Shown here: piece after piece, positions 51,824-61,745 of the stretch | Numbering within the stretch: the stretch's first letter is position 1 | Layout of the letters: each line of letters opens with the position of its first letter | NCBI GenBank assembly: GCA_051599415.1 | Contig: AP039699.1 | Location: forward strand, 248,001-312,000 | DNA from: Savitreella phatthalungensis | Taxonomy: Eukaryota | Direction: 5' to 3' | DNA: 64,000 nt | Notes under the pieces: model-generated | Told to the model about the DNA's origin: nothing | Databases searched by the model: none | What the model saw: only the letters and a program-made list of their open reading frames with translations | Translations under genes and position numbers: made by a program

Positions 51824-54800
51824 TCATGGACGATCGTGAGCGACGAGATGACGCCTGCCGTCTGCGTCTCGCTCGACGCGACCGAAGAGTGAGAGGAGTT
51901 CGTTGAGTGACAGACTTTGGATTTTCTTGTTCTTTCGAGCTCGATTCTTTCCGGTCTTCCCGGACTTCTTTCTCGAAGAACCACCAGGAACGCTGTCCTC
52001 CTCATCGTCCTCTCCCTCCAGCACTTCACCGAGGACCTCGCCAGCGACGGCAAGCTTCTGCTCCTGGAGAGCGAGGATTCGCTGCTCGATCGTGTTGGCG
52101 AGAGCGATGCGGGAGACAAAGACGGATTTCTCTTGGCCGATTCGGTGAGCGCGGTCGATGGCTTGGTGCTCTGCCGCTGCGTTCCACCAGAAATCCATCA
52201 TGATAACGTGGTTTGCAGCGGTGAGGTTGAGCCCGACGCCTCCGGCTTTGAGGGAGATCAGAAGGACACGCGGGCTGGAACGATGCTGAGAGGCTCCCGA
52301 ATGCGGCTCAGTCTTGGTGGTGAAGCTCGACAAGACCGCTTCACGCTCGGGAACGCGCAGGTCACCGTGATACCGCGAGAAGGGGATGCGATGTGCATGC
52401 AACTCGCATGCTAGAACATCAAGTGCGCGAACAAAGGTGCAAAAGACGAGGATTTTGTCATCTGTCTCATCGATGACTTTCTGGATATCCTGACGACACT
52501 TGGATATCTTCGTAGATGTCGGCCAGTCTGTGGCGAGAAGTTTACCCCACCACTTCTCCTTGTCGTTCAGACGGCGACCGATACTGCTGATGTCGCGCAC
52601 GGCGTTGCTGTTGCCGCCTTGACGTGTGTGTGTGTGCGCGCGGTGACGATCAGACTGGAAAAATTCATCAATCGCGCCTTTGCTTTCATGACTTTTGGTT
52701 TCGGATCGGCCAGAGTCGGATTGTCCGTCAGCAGAGCGACGCTTGATCAAGTTAGGAATCGACGGGAAGACATCGTCAAACTCGTCATCCGAGGTGTAGC
52801 CAAAACGCGGCGTGGTGACATTACTCGGATTCGTGGTTGCGATCGTGCTGTTTCTGGTCATGGCAGCTGAGTTTGCTTCAGAAGCTTCGACCTTTGCTTC
52901 TGCAAGAAGGGGTCGCACAACGTGTTTGCGGGGATCGTACTTCTCCAGTCTACCCATAGGAGCATTACAACCACGACAGATGGCGTCTGGCTCCTCAAGA
53001 AGATCCTCGACACATTCTGTGCAGAAGACGTGATGGCAAGAGGTTGCAAATATCGGTGACTCGGCTTCCGCACCACACGCACCACAGATGAGCGTACCGC
53101 TGCCCTCGACGCCGCCAGCAATCGCAAGGGCTGAGAGCTCTTCGACTTGAGCGTATGAGAGATTCTCCCGATCGACATTTGTACCTTTGATGACGAGCTC
53201 GGCAGCGAGGATTGGGTGGATGCTAACTTGACGAAGACGGATAAGCAGCTCGAAGACACTCGAGAAAGTCTTTGTGGCTGTCTCTTCGCCATCGAGAAGT
53301 TCGTTGATAGTCGCGCGTGCCCGAGCCTCGACCGCTGCGTATAGGTCCTTCTCGCGCTCGGTTTGCTCAAGCTCGATCAACTCCACATGCTTCTCCGGCA
53401 ATTGCAGAATCGGCAGACCAGCGATATCATCATCTTTTCGCCGACGGATCATGTAGGGCGACAGAGCATGATGCAGCTTGTGCGCCGAGCGTGCATGCTT
53501 GCCAATCTCACGGCTGAATTGACTGAAGTCGGAAAGTCCGGAGACTTTGAGCATGCGAAAGATTGGGTAGATATCGTTGACGGAGTTCTGGAGAGGCGTG
53601 CCTGAAAGACACCAGATACGGTCGTATTTGAGTTTCGCTGCGGCCACGGAGACGTTCGCAATCGGGTTCTTGATAATATGTGCCTCGTCAAGTATCACCC
53701 TGTACCAGTTCACCCGGAAGAGGATGCCTTTCTTGCGCTCGCAGAACTCCTCCCACTCCTCTTTCTCATCCTCGGTCATTCGACCTCTGCCCTTTGTCGA
53801 AGGATACTCGCGGGCCATAATGCCATAGGAAGTGATGACGACGTCGAATGATTTGAGCTGCTGAAGACCTTTGACCTTGTCCGTACCGTGATATATGTGG
53901 ATGCGTCGGAAAGCATCTCGGCGAGCCTTCGTCTTGATCTCCTTAGCCCATTGATCTAGTAGGGCAACGGGGCAGATGATGAGAGTCGCTTGACGGCTGC
54001 TTGAGACGCTAGCTTGCGGATCAGGGAGATTCTTGACCATGAGACTGATACACTGTACGGTTTTTCCAAGTCCCATGTCGTCGGCTAGCAATCCGCCACG
54101 AGTCTTGTTCTCTCGACCCTTCTCATTCTGCTCTGCCTCGCGACGGATCATCCACTCGACACCGACGACCTGATGTGGCATGAGTGTGCAACGCAGGTCA
54201 TCGAGAGCATAGCGCCGTAGGACACCAGGCACACGTCTTGCTCCGAGCTCGCGTGCAGCCTGCTCGATCGTGTCCTCAGTCGGCTCCTCGTGGCCTGCAT
54301 TGGCAATATCGTCAATCAGGTGATCAAGCTCATCCTTGTCAAGCTGCGGCGCACGAGCAACTGGATGGTACCCTGACGGGAACAGCTGCGCATCGAGGTT
54401 GTCCCCCTCGAACATGCGTCCGCGATTATCTTGCGCGATCCTTCGATTGCAGAGAACACTCAGAAGGGCGTGTTTGGCCTCAATTGGCGCTTGTGCGACC
54501 TTGAGTGCGTCCGCGTAGGTCAGGACGCGTCTGTAGGCCTCTAGACTGTTCACGCGGTCTGCGACGTGACGAGCCATCGATGCCTGTTGATCTGTGGCTG
54601 CCGCTAGGCGTGCCGGATCGTTAGCAGCTAAAGCAGCAGCGAGATAGTCGACGGATGGCGTAAGTACACGTCTGATATGGGCGGCAACGTCGGAAATGAC
54701 TTGGTTGACAAGACGATCGCGCAGCTTGGTCTTCTGCCGGTCCCAGAGGCATCTGACAGCATCGACATGGTTGCCCGTGGCGACAAATTGGCAGAATATG

Positions 54801-55882
54801 CGCCGGTCGCGCAGATCCAGGCTACAGACGTAGTTGTGCACGTCTGCTAGCTTGAGACTCCTGCAGAAGTCCCAGAACATGAAATAACCGTCTTCGGCAT
54901 CAGTGTCCGGGCGGTCTAACGGGTGAGTGGCATTCAATTCGATGCCGTCCAGCTTTCTGCAATTGAGACCGATGAACTCTAGAGCTAGTTCTTCGTGCGG
55001 AGGCAATTCGATGCTCGCGAACTTGTGCCTTGATAATGTGCTCATTGCCTCGAAGAAGAGCGCAGAAGCTGATTCGACAAAGTCGAGTTGTTTCGGCTGG
55101 ATGCCAGCGTTCAGAAGCAGTTTGAAACCCTTGAAAAGACCGGCACGATGGTCAAGAAAGCCTAGCTGCTGCTTGATGAAGGTACTAGCCTCAATGACGC
55201 GCTTTTTGAGTTCGGCACGAAGGGGAGACCCTTCGCTGCCCATCATGCCACGTACGAGGACTGTCATCCTGTTAACGAGGCGATTGGCTAGCGTGCGTGA
55301 AGCGCTCTCGATCTCTGCTGGTGCAAGACCACTGCGCGGACGCGTTGTCTCTGGCTGCGAGTCTGCGCTTGACACAGAGATGGCCTTGCCTTGAATAGAG
55401 ACATCGTCAGCTTCAGCATCTGAGGTTTCAGAGCCACCTGCAGCCAGTCGAATTGGCTGATGCTTGATTCTCTTGCTCGCGGGCGTGGGACGAGAGGGCT
55501 TTCGGACAGGAGTCTCCTCATCCGAGGCTGTGAGATCGATGACATGTGTGTGGCGAGTAGTTTTAGATAGTGCAGGTTCATGTCTCGCAGAGTCCTTTCT
55601 GCCAGCTGTCCTAGAGACTGGCAGGGGAGAAGGAGGACCATCATCAATCTCTAGAGGTTGATCACGTGACGCTGGTGCACGAAGTGAGGAAAAGGTAGGT
55701 TGACGGGAGGTTGAGCTTGGCGTTGCAGGTTCGAGGACATCACTTGAAGGTTGATATGCTGAACCTGCTTCAGCACCTGAGGGTAGTTCAGTGCATTGTC
55801 GCTTGATCAAGGGAGTTGAGCCATTTGTAAGGATAGATTGCGGTGACTCATCCGCGAGGGTGTGCTTTTCCGCACTGTTCAT
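51824..55882 (-). CDS. SNF2-family ATPase with RING finger (Uls1/Ris1/Rrp1-2-like)
   Basis: GGLLADDMGLGKT, ILDEAH, LSGTPLQN, RLRQ, RING C..C...CHHVFC.EC...C..C, SLKAGGVGLNL, QAIDRAHRIGQ; SIM-like HVIDLTASDEE and LEIDD in the N-terminus. First ATG is 55882. Confidence 0.9.
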   Translation of the reverse strand: MNSAEKHTLADESPQSILTNGSTPLIKRQCTELPSGAEAGSAYQPSSDVLEPATPSSTSRQPTFSSLRAPASRDQPLEIDDGPPSPLPVSRTAGRKDSARHEPALSKTTRHTHVIDLTASDEETPVRKPSRPTPASKRIKHQPIRLAAGGSETSDAEADDVSIQGKAISVSSADSQPETTRPRSGLAPAEIESASRTLANRLVNRMTVLVRGMMGSEGSPLRAELKKRVIEASTFIKQQLGFLDHRAGLFKGFKLLLNAGIQPKQLDFVESASALFFEAMSTLSRHKFASIELPPHEELALEFIGLNCRKLDGIELNATHPLDRPDTDAEDGYFMFWDFCRSLKLADVHNYVCSLDLRDRRIFCQFVATGNHVDAVRCLWDRQKTKLRDRLVNQVISDVAAHIRRVLTPSVDYLAAALAANDPARLAAATDQQASMARHVADRVNSLEAYRRVLTYADALKVAQAPIEAKHALLSVLCNRRIAQDNRGRMFEGDNLDAQLFPSGYHPVARAPQLDKDELDHLIDDIANAGHEEPTEDTIEQAARELGARRVPGVLRRYALDDLRCTLMPHQVVGVEWMIRREAEQNEKGRENKTRGGLLADDMGLGKTVQCISLMVKNLPDPQASVSSSRQATLIICPVALLDQWAKEIKTKARRDAFRRIHIYHGTDKVKGLQQLKSFDVVITSYGIMAREYPSTKGRGRMTEDEKEEWEEFCERKKGILFRVNWYRVILDEAHIIKNPIANVSVAAAKLKYDRIWCLSGTPLQNSVNDIYPIFRMLKVSGLSDFSQFSREIGKHARSAHKLHHALSPYMIRRRKDDDIAGLPILQLPEKHVELIELEQTEREKDLYAAVEARARATINELLDGEETATKTFSSVFELLIRLRQVSIHPILAAELVIKGTNVDRENLSYAQVEELSALAIAGGVEGSGTLICGACGAEAESPIFATSCHHVFCTECVEDLLEEPDAICRGCNAPMGRLEKYDPRKHVVRPLLAEAKVEASEANSAAMTRNSTIATTNPSNVTTPRFGYTSDDEFDDVFPSIPNLIKRRSADGQSDSGRSETKSHESKGAIDEFFQSDRHRAHTHTRQGGNSNAVRDISSIGRRLNDKEKWWGKLLATDWPTSTKISKCRQDIQKVIDETDDKILVFCTFVRALDVLACELHAHRIPFSRYHGDLRVPEREAVLSSFTTKTEPHSGASQHRSSPRVLLISLKAGGVGLNLTAANHVIMMDFWWNAAAEHQAIDRAHRIGQEKSVFVSRIALANTIEQRILALQEQKLAVAGEVLGEVLEGEDDEEDSVPGGSSRKKSGKTGKNRARKNKKIQSLSLNELLSLFGRVERDADGRRHLVAHDRP

Positions 55883-56670
55883 GGATCCATCGGAAGGGTT
55901 CGAGCGCTGATTTGACAAGGGAGAGAGATACAAGAGCTCGTGTGAAGGAGCGCGAAGGTCAAAGGTAATTGTACGAGTGGTTTGAATGAAGATGAAGGCG
56001 TTTGATGAGTCAGAAGTCAAGGTATACTGACTCTTCCACCACGTAGAGAGATACGAGTATATACACGTGTGCTCATTTGCATTCTATTATGATCTACACG
56101 TGTAGTTCAGACGCGTCGATGATTTGATCAATCACGTGTTTAGTATATTGACTCTATAGACGTCCCCAATTGATCTGAGGTTCAATCTAATCACCGTTAG
56201 ATCAAATTGATTCAACTCAAATCCTTTTCTTTTTTAATCTGAAGGTGGACTGCAGATATGGTATCAACCGTCAGATCCGCTGCCCACCCAACTGAATGAA
56301 TGATTGAATGACTGCATTGATTGATCGACTGCATGATTGTGGATCTCTGTCTGGGGGCAGTGAGTGACGCATCTCTACTCCGGTCACTATTCTCTCAGTC
56401 TGCCATCCTCTACCTGCCTGACCAACACACATACACACGCACGACACGGGGACTCAGGTGGTTTACCCATCAAGGTATATCAAACATCTCTTTCTCTCTC
56501 TCTCTCTTCACCACCACCCACCGCTATCACTCTTTCCTCCATTTTGTCATCCTTCTCCACCAACCATACTCTCCCTACGGCAGGCTCGCTTGCATCCCAT
56601 CCTCCCTTGGACTTCCGCTCTAACTCGACTCTGCTTCTACCGGCCCTTTACCCTCTCGCCTCGACTGAAG

Positions 56671-57345
56671 ATGCCTGACCGGCCTGCTGCTTTATTTGAC
56701 TCATCGAAAGCTTCGGTTGAGGACTTGCTCGCTCGGAATGCTGCATGGGCTGAACGGATGCAGAAGGCTTCGCCTGAGTTGTTTAAGGTGATTGGGAGTG
56801 GTCAGTCACCTAAGATTCTGTGGATCGGCTGTAGCGATTCTCGCGTGCCTGAGACTGCTCTCCTCGACTTGAACCCGGGCGAGGTCTTTGTCGTCCGCAA
56901 TATCGCAAACGTCGTACCCAACATGGACATCTCCCTCCTCGCAGCCGTCCAATTCGCCGTCGAGGTTCTCAAGGTCGAGCACGTGATCCTGTGTGGTCAC
57001 TATAACTGCGGTGGCTGTATTGCGGCGCTTGGCGATAAGAGGCTTGGCTTGATTGATAATTGGTTGAGGGAGGTCAGGGATGTGAGGGCTGCCAATCGGG
57101 ATGAGTTGGACGCGATCAAGGATGATAAGGAGCGCGCCGCTAGGCTTGTCGAGCTCAATGTCAAGACCCAGGTCAGGAAGTTGGAGAGGGTGTCATACAT
57201 CTACGAGGCAGTCAAGGAACGTGACCTCAAGGTACATCCCATGGTCTTCGATGTCGCCACGGGAAAACTCAAGCTGCTCGAAAAGTTCAAGGACTCTCAG
57301 AAAGAATGCTACCTCCAGGGCGCATACGATCTCAGCGCTCACTAG
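56671..57345 (+). CDS. NCE103: Beta-class carbonic anhydrase (Nce103-like); possible non-AUG extension from 56566
   Basis: GQSPKILWIGCSDSRVP, PGEVFVVRNIAN, QFAVEVLKV, CGHYNCGG zinc ligands, LVELNV. Confidence 0.93.
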   Translation: MPDRPAALFDSSKASVEDLLARNAAWAERMQKASPELFKVIGSGQSPKILWIGCSDSRVPETALLDLNPGEVFVVRNIANVVPNMDISLLAAVQFAVEVLKVEHVILCGHYNCGGCIAALGDKRLGLIDNWLREVRDVRAANRDELDAIKDDKERAARLVELNVKTQVRKLERVSYIYEAVKERDLKVHPMVFDVATGKLKLLEKFKDSQKECYLQGAYDLSAH

Positions 57346-57505
57346 TTACATTTCGATCTCATTTCTTGGTAGAATCAAATTCACAATTGGTATTATACTT
57401 TGAGTGTATGAACAGTGATCCTTGGTAAAGGTTTGTCGTGTTTGTATGTGTGTATGGTCATCAGAGAGGAGGTTTCAATTCGGTAAGAGGTGGGGTAAAG
57501 GACAT

Positions 57506-59290
57506 CTAGGCCGCTGCTGCGTGATCGACGTTTGTGCCCTTTTCGATTCTCTTCCAGGGCATCAAACATGCCCAGAGGACACAGATGCTGATGGCGATCA
57601 AGCCGACGTGGTAAGCTCCCCGGAGACCTGCCATGTACGCGCGAATGACAATATCGAACAGTGGTGAGGATTCAGGTAGGAACTCCCTGAACTTTGTCGC
57701 ACCGGCAGACAGAATTGTGTTGGCGAACTGCATGTCACCGTTCGTTTCTGCGAGCAAGTGGCGTTTCAGCGTGTTTTGGAAGATGCTCTGGGCAACAGAA
57801 ATCCAGATGGCACCGCCCAGATTCTGCGAGAACGTGATGATCGACGTTCCAACGGGAATCTCGTCAGGCTTCAGGACGACCTGGGAGGCAATGATGGGAA
57901 TTTGGAAGCAGCAGCCTGCGCCCATGCCGGCAATGATCTGGTATCCGATCCACATCCGTGAAGGTGTGTCTGGTGAGAAGGTGGTGATGAGACCCATGCC
58001 AATGATTGTCGGCACGATACCGACGATCAGGATCGGCACGTATACGCCGAGAACCTGGACGAGGATGCCGCCAGCCATGGATGACAAGACGACGGAGATC
58101 ATAAATGGCAGAAGTTGAAGACCTGCCTTGATGGCGGACGAACCACGGACAGCCTCGAAGTAGAGCGGGATGTAGGTCGCAATGCCGAAGAAGAAGCCTG
58201 CAAAGAAGACGGCCACGAGCGCACCCGTCCAGATCGTTCGCTTCTTGAGCAGATTTGGTGGGATGGTGGCGCGGTCGCCCAGCCAGAGCTGGAGACCGGC
58301 AAAGACGATCGCGAGCACGCCAAAGACAATGAAGAGCAGAATGATACGCCAGTTCGACCACTCGTACTTGCTTCCACCCCACTGGAGAGCCAATAGGAGC
58401 GACACGACGGCTGGGAGAAGGACGGCAGCTCCGAGGGGATCAATGTTGCGAAGACGCTCCCGGACAGTCTCGGTTTGACGCAGGCTCTTGAGGCGGACGA
58501 AGAAGCCGATGGCTGCAAGCGTGACTGCACCGAATGGCAAGTTCACGTAGAAGCACCATCGCCAGGTCAGGTGCGGGTTGTCGGTGAATGCGCCACCCAT
58601 AAGCGGCCCACAGACAGAGGCAATACCGAAACAGGCAGCGAACCCACCCATGAAGGCCGCACGACGTTCGAGCGGCAAGATGCGGGAGAGAATGACGAGA
58701 CCACCGGAGAAGATACCTGCTGTGCCGCAGCCAGCAATCGCACGACCGATAATGAGCGCCTTGGAAGTCGGAGCAGCACCGCACACGGCAGAGCCGATCT
58801 CGAAGAGGGAGACGGCCACTAGGTAGCCGTATTTGACGTTGAAATTCTGGTAAACCTTGCCCCATGTTGGAATGAGCGCACATGTGGTGAGGAGGTAGGC
58901 ACTGACGTAGAATGGTAGGTCCTCGAGGGAGTTGAATCGGTCAGCGATCTTCGGGATTGCAGTCGACAGAATCGACTGGTCGAGAGCGACGAGGAATACA
59001 GAAAGGAAGAGGGCGAGGACGATGGTAGCGAGCTTGAATCCGTGCTGATATTCTGTTGGGTCTGAGCCGTCCGGGGCGGTCAAAGTCCTCTCGAGTTCCT
59101 TCTCATCTGGGTCAATTGCCTTGAATTGTGGAGAAGAAGGCTCTTCGGTTGGTGTGGCGACGGCAGTTTGTCCCTCGCCAAGGAAATCCTTGTCGGCGAT
59201 AGGTGCATCGACCTGATTAAGTGTGGAAGGCGCGGGCGCTGGGTTCAGGGCAACCTCTTTCTTGACTACGCGCTTGAGCTGGTCAAGCAT
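57506..59290 (-). CDS. MFS drug:H+ antiporter (DHA2, 14-TM type)
   Basis: FLVALDQSILSTAIP, SAYLLT, FEIGSAVCGAAP, GRAIAG.G, GPLMGGAFT..TWRWCFYVNLP, LQWGG..Y.W, WIGYQ; many hydrophobic helices. Confidence 0.93.
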   Translation of the reverse strand: MLDQLKRVVKKEVALNPAPAPSTLNQVDAPIADKDFLGEGQTAVATPTEEPSSPQFKAIDPDEKELERTLTAPDGSDPTEYQHGFKLATIVLALFLSVFLVALDQSILSTAIPKIADRFNSLEDLPFYVSAYLLTTCALIPTWGKVYQNFNVKYGYLVAVSLFEIGSAVCGAAPTSKALIIGRAIAGCGTAGIFSGGLVILSRILPLERRAAFMGGFAACFGIASVCGPLMGGAFTDNPHLTWRWCFYVNLPFGAVTLAAIGFFVRLKSLRQTETVRERLRNIDPLGAAVLLPAVVSLLLALQWGGSKYEWSNWRIILLFIVFGVLAIVFAGLQLWLGDRATIPPNLLKKRTIWTGALVAVFFAGFFFGIATYIPLYFEAVRGSSAIKAGLQLLPFMISVVLSSMAGGILVQVLGVYVPILIVGIVPTIIGMGLITTFSPDTPSRMWIGYQIIAGMGAGCCFQIPIIASQVVLKPDEIPVGTSIITFSQNLGGAIWISVAQSIFQNTLKRHLLAETNGDMQFANTILSAGATKFREFLPESSPLFDIVIRAYMAGLRGAYHVGLIAISICVLWACLMPWKRIEKGTNVDHAAAA

Positions 59291-59577
59291 GGTGTAAGCG
59301 GGATGGACACGTGGGAAGGTTGCAAGGTTATGGTCGGGATTGGAGTTGACTTGGTGATACTATCTTATGTCCTTGTTGAGGGAAGTGGATGTGGACGAGG
59401 ATGAGTTGGTGAATGAGGTTAAGATGAAGAGGGAGGATGGATAGTTTAAGTATTGATGCTCGACAGGAGTGGTGCTGACTGTGGTGGATTGGAAGGTTTG
59501 TCAGAAGATGCGGATCTCGGAGTGATTGAGTCAGCGAGCAAGAGAGAGAGAGGGAATCGCGTCTGTGCGTGTTTGGT

Positions 59578-59708
59578 CGAATGCGAATGTGAATGGGTAT
59601 GGGTATGGGTATGCGGGTGTGTAAGCGTATGTGTAAGCGTATGCGAGTATGTCTAGGTATGGATGTGCGTGTGCGTGTGCGTGTGCGTGTGCGTGTGAGT
59701 GAGTGTGT
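59578..59708. repeat. Degenerate hexamer-period array (ATGGGT / GTGCGT) upstream of the MFS gene
   Basis: Successive 6-bp-period tracts visible in the sequence. Confidence 0.85.
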
Positions 59709-61745
59709 ACTGAGTGCGCTTGGGCGAATGAGTGAGCGGGTAGAGAGATTGACTGACTGACTAACGTACTTGTGAGCTTCAAATCCTTCAGAGGAAGTGA
59801 GTCCATCCTGTTGAGTGGTGCCGTTCACTTACTCACCTTCACCTCACCTCACCTCCAACTGTTTACCTTATCAATTTGAGGTAGAAAGCGAGCGAGTGAG
59901 TGACTGAGTAAGCAAAAGCAGATTAGACTTCCCCCATCGATCTGGGAAATCAAGCGCGAATGAATTATGAGTCTACAGCACTCAGCTATAGCATCGAAAA
60001 TAAAATCAGTGGTCAATCAGTCGGAGGTCAAATGCTGATCAGCAGTTTCAGTGTTGAATGGGGAAAAGCAAAGTAAGGTGTACTGCAGCAGTGAAATCAC
60101 AAATTGGCTCCACGAACGGATTATCCGCAGTCACGCTGAACCTGCCTCAGATCAGTTGAATCTCAGATATGGAGCACGAATGGCCATTCATTTGATCAAA
60201 ACCCCTATCACATTCGTAAATGAGAGACTGGAAAACTCTAAATTGGGAAACTGGACCGGCGAGATAAAAGAGCTAGCCCAATTACAATGGAACCAGGAGA
60301 GAGCGGCACAGATGAAAATCTCTTTGTCCATCTGCACGAAAAGGCGAAACAGGGGGGAGCCACAAGGGCTCGCCGCTTAAGGATTCCAACGAATCAGACC
60401 ATCAATCTGGCTAGGGGAAAACTCAAAATAAGAGTCTGACAAACCAACATCATCTCGTTCGGGGTCAACCTCACACCGAGAAACCGAGAACATGACTGAG
60501 CACCGTCTTCACAACTCACATCATCAATAGAGGAGCAATATTCAGAGAGCGAAGTACAAATCCTATTGAACGTTCTTGTCTGTCCAACATGGTAAAATTG
60601 TTGTGATGCGCGAGTACTCGTACGACTAGCGCACATCCTGATTCTCCACTTGCATATTCCCCCGGTGCTGATCCAGTTCTGAATCAGTTCTGATGGAGTT
60701 CATTTTCTTCCCTTCATATCAGTAGCACATGGCAAACGCATGACTCATCCTTGAGCAGCTCACAACAATTCATCCGCTTCGACCACACTGTTCAGTACTA
60801 GACTACGACATGCTACCGAATCATCTTGCCAGCAACTGCCATCTGCCATGACAGACTTCAGTGTTTGCTCGATCGTTTTATACGCACTTGTCGAATCTCA
60901 TCCATGACCACGACACTATGCTAAACGTGAACTGCAGTCAGAGTACGCATTCCAGGAGACAATGCTTTGAGTAGCCTAATCCGTGTGCCGGCCGCAAATG
61001 AGTCGCTCATGCGGCATGTCAGCTCGCTAATTTGACTGATTGGTCAGTCTACCGAGCCTCTATATCGCAAACTTTCTTCATTGGCTGCACTTGAATTCAC
61101 TCTCACCAGTCTGAAAATGCTGCTCCTAATGGAGATATTCTGTTCACATGTGATACTCTGAAACTTATATGCATACACATACGCATATACAGGATATCGA
61201 CTTCCTCCAAGAACAACCTTTACAATGCAGGTCAGCAGCCTCGTTGTGGTCTGGCAATGGGTCAATTTGTGTAGGTCGGTGTAGATGCATGTTGTTCGTG
61301 TCCAGGCGAGAAAGAGAATCTGCTCTATCTTGCTGCAAAATCTACTCAAATGGCGCTGTCACATGAATTTCATGCGTCGAGAGTCACTCAGGTAGCCAAT
61401 CACTCTATGATGACAGGATGCTGTAGCCTGGCCCTCTGTGGCACTCTGGTTGAGCTACAATTTGAATCTCGGGGATGGTAAAATAAACTCCAATTCGATC
61501 AATCTTTTCGATCGAGCGACAAATTTGATCTGATCAACGTACATCAACATCAACATCAACATACACCTGCACGTAGACATGCACGGATGCACACATGATG
61601 TACATACTGTGCGTGTGATCACTCCATCACTCATATAGTGACGCCTCAGTCGCATACTCTGAAAGGTAGGCTTATCTATCAGCGAAGCTCAGTGCTGTAA
61701 TCCTTCTCTACGAGATGACTTGATTAGCCTAACATTTCGAGCTGC

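Noticed and set aside
56671..59290. MFS pump as a marker of a secondary-metabolite cluster
   Set aside because: Neighbours are carbonic anhydrase, a SNF2 ATPase and VPS34; no PKS, NRPS or tailoring genes.
59300..61740. Short ORFs or a transposon remnant in the MFS/VPS34 intergenic region
   Set aside because: The ORFs derive from microsatellites or lack motifs; no terminal repeats or transposase/RT signatures seen.
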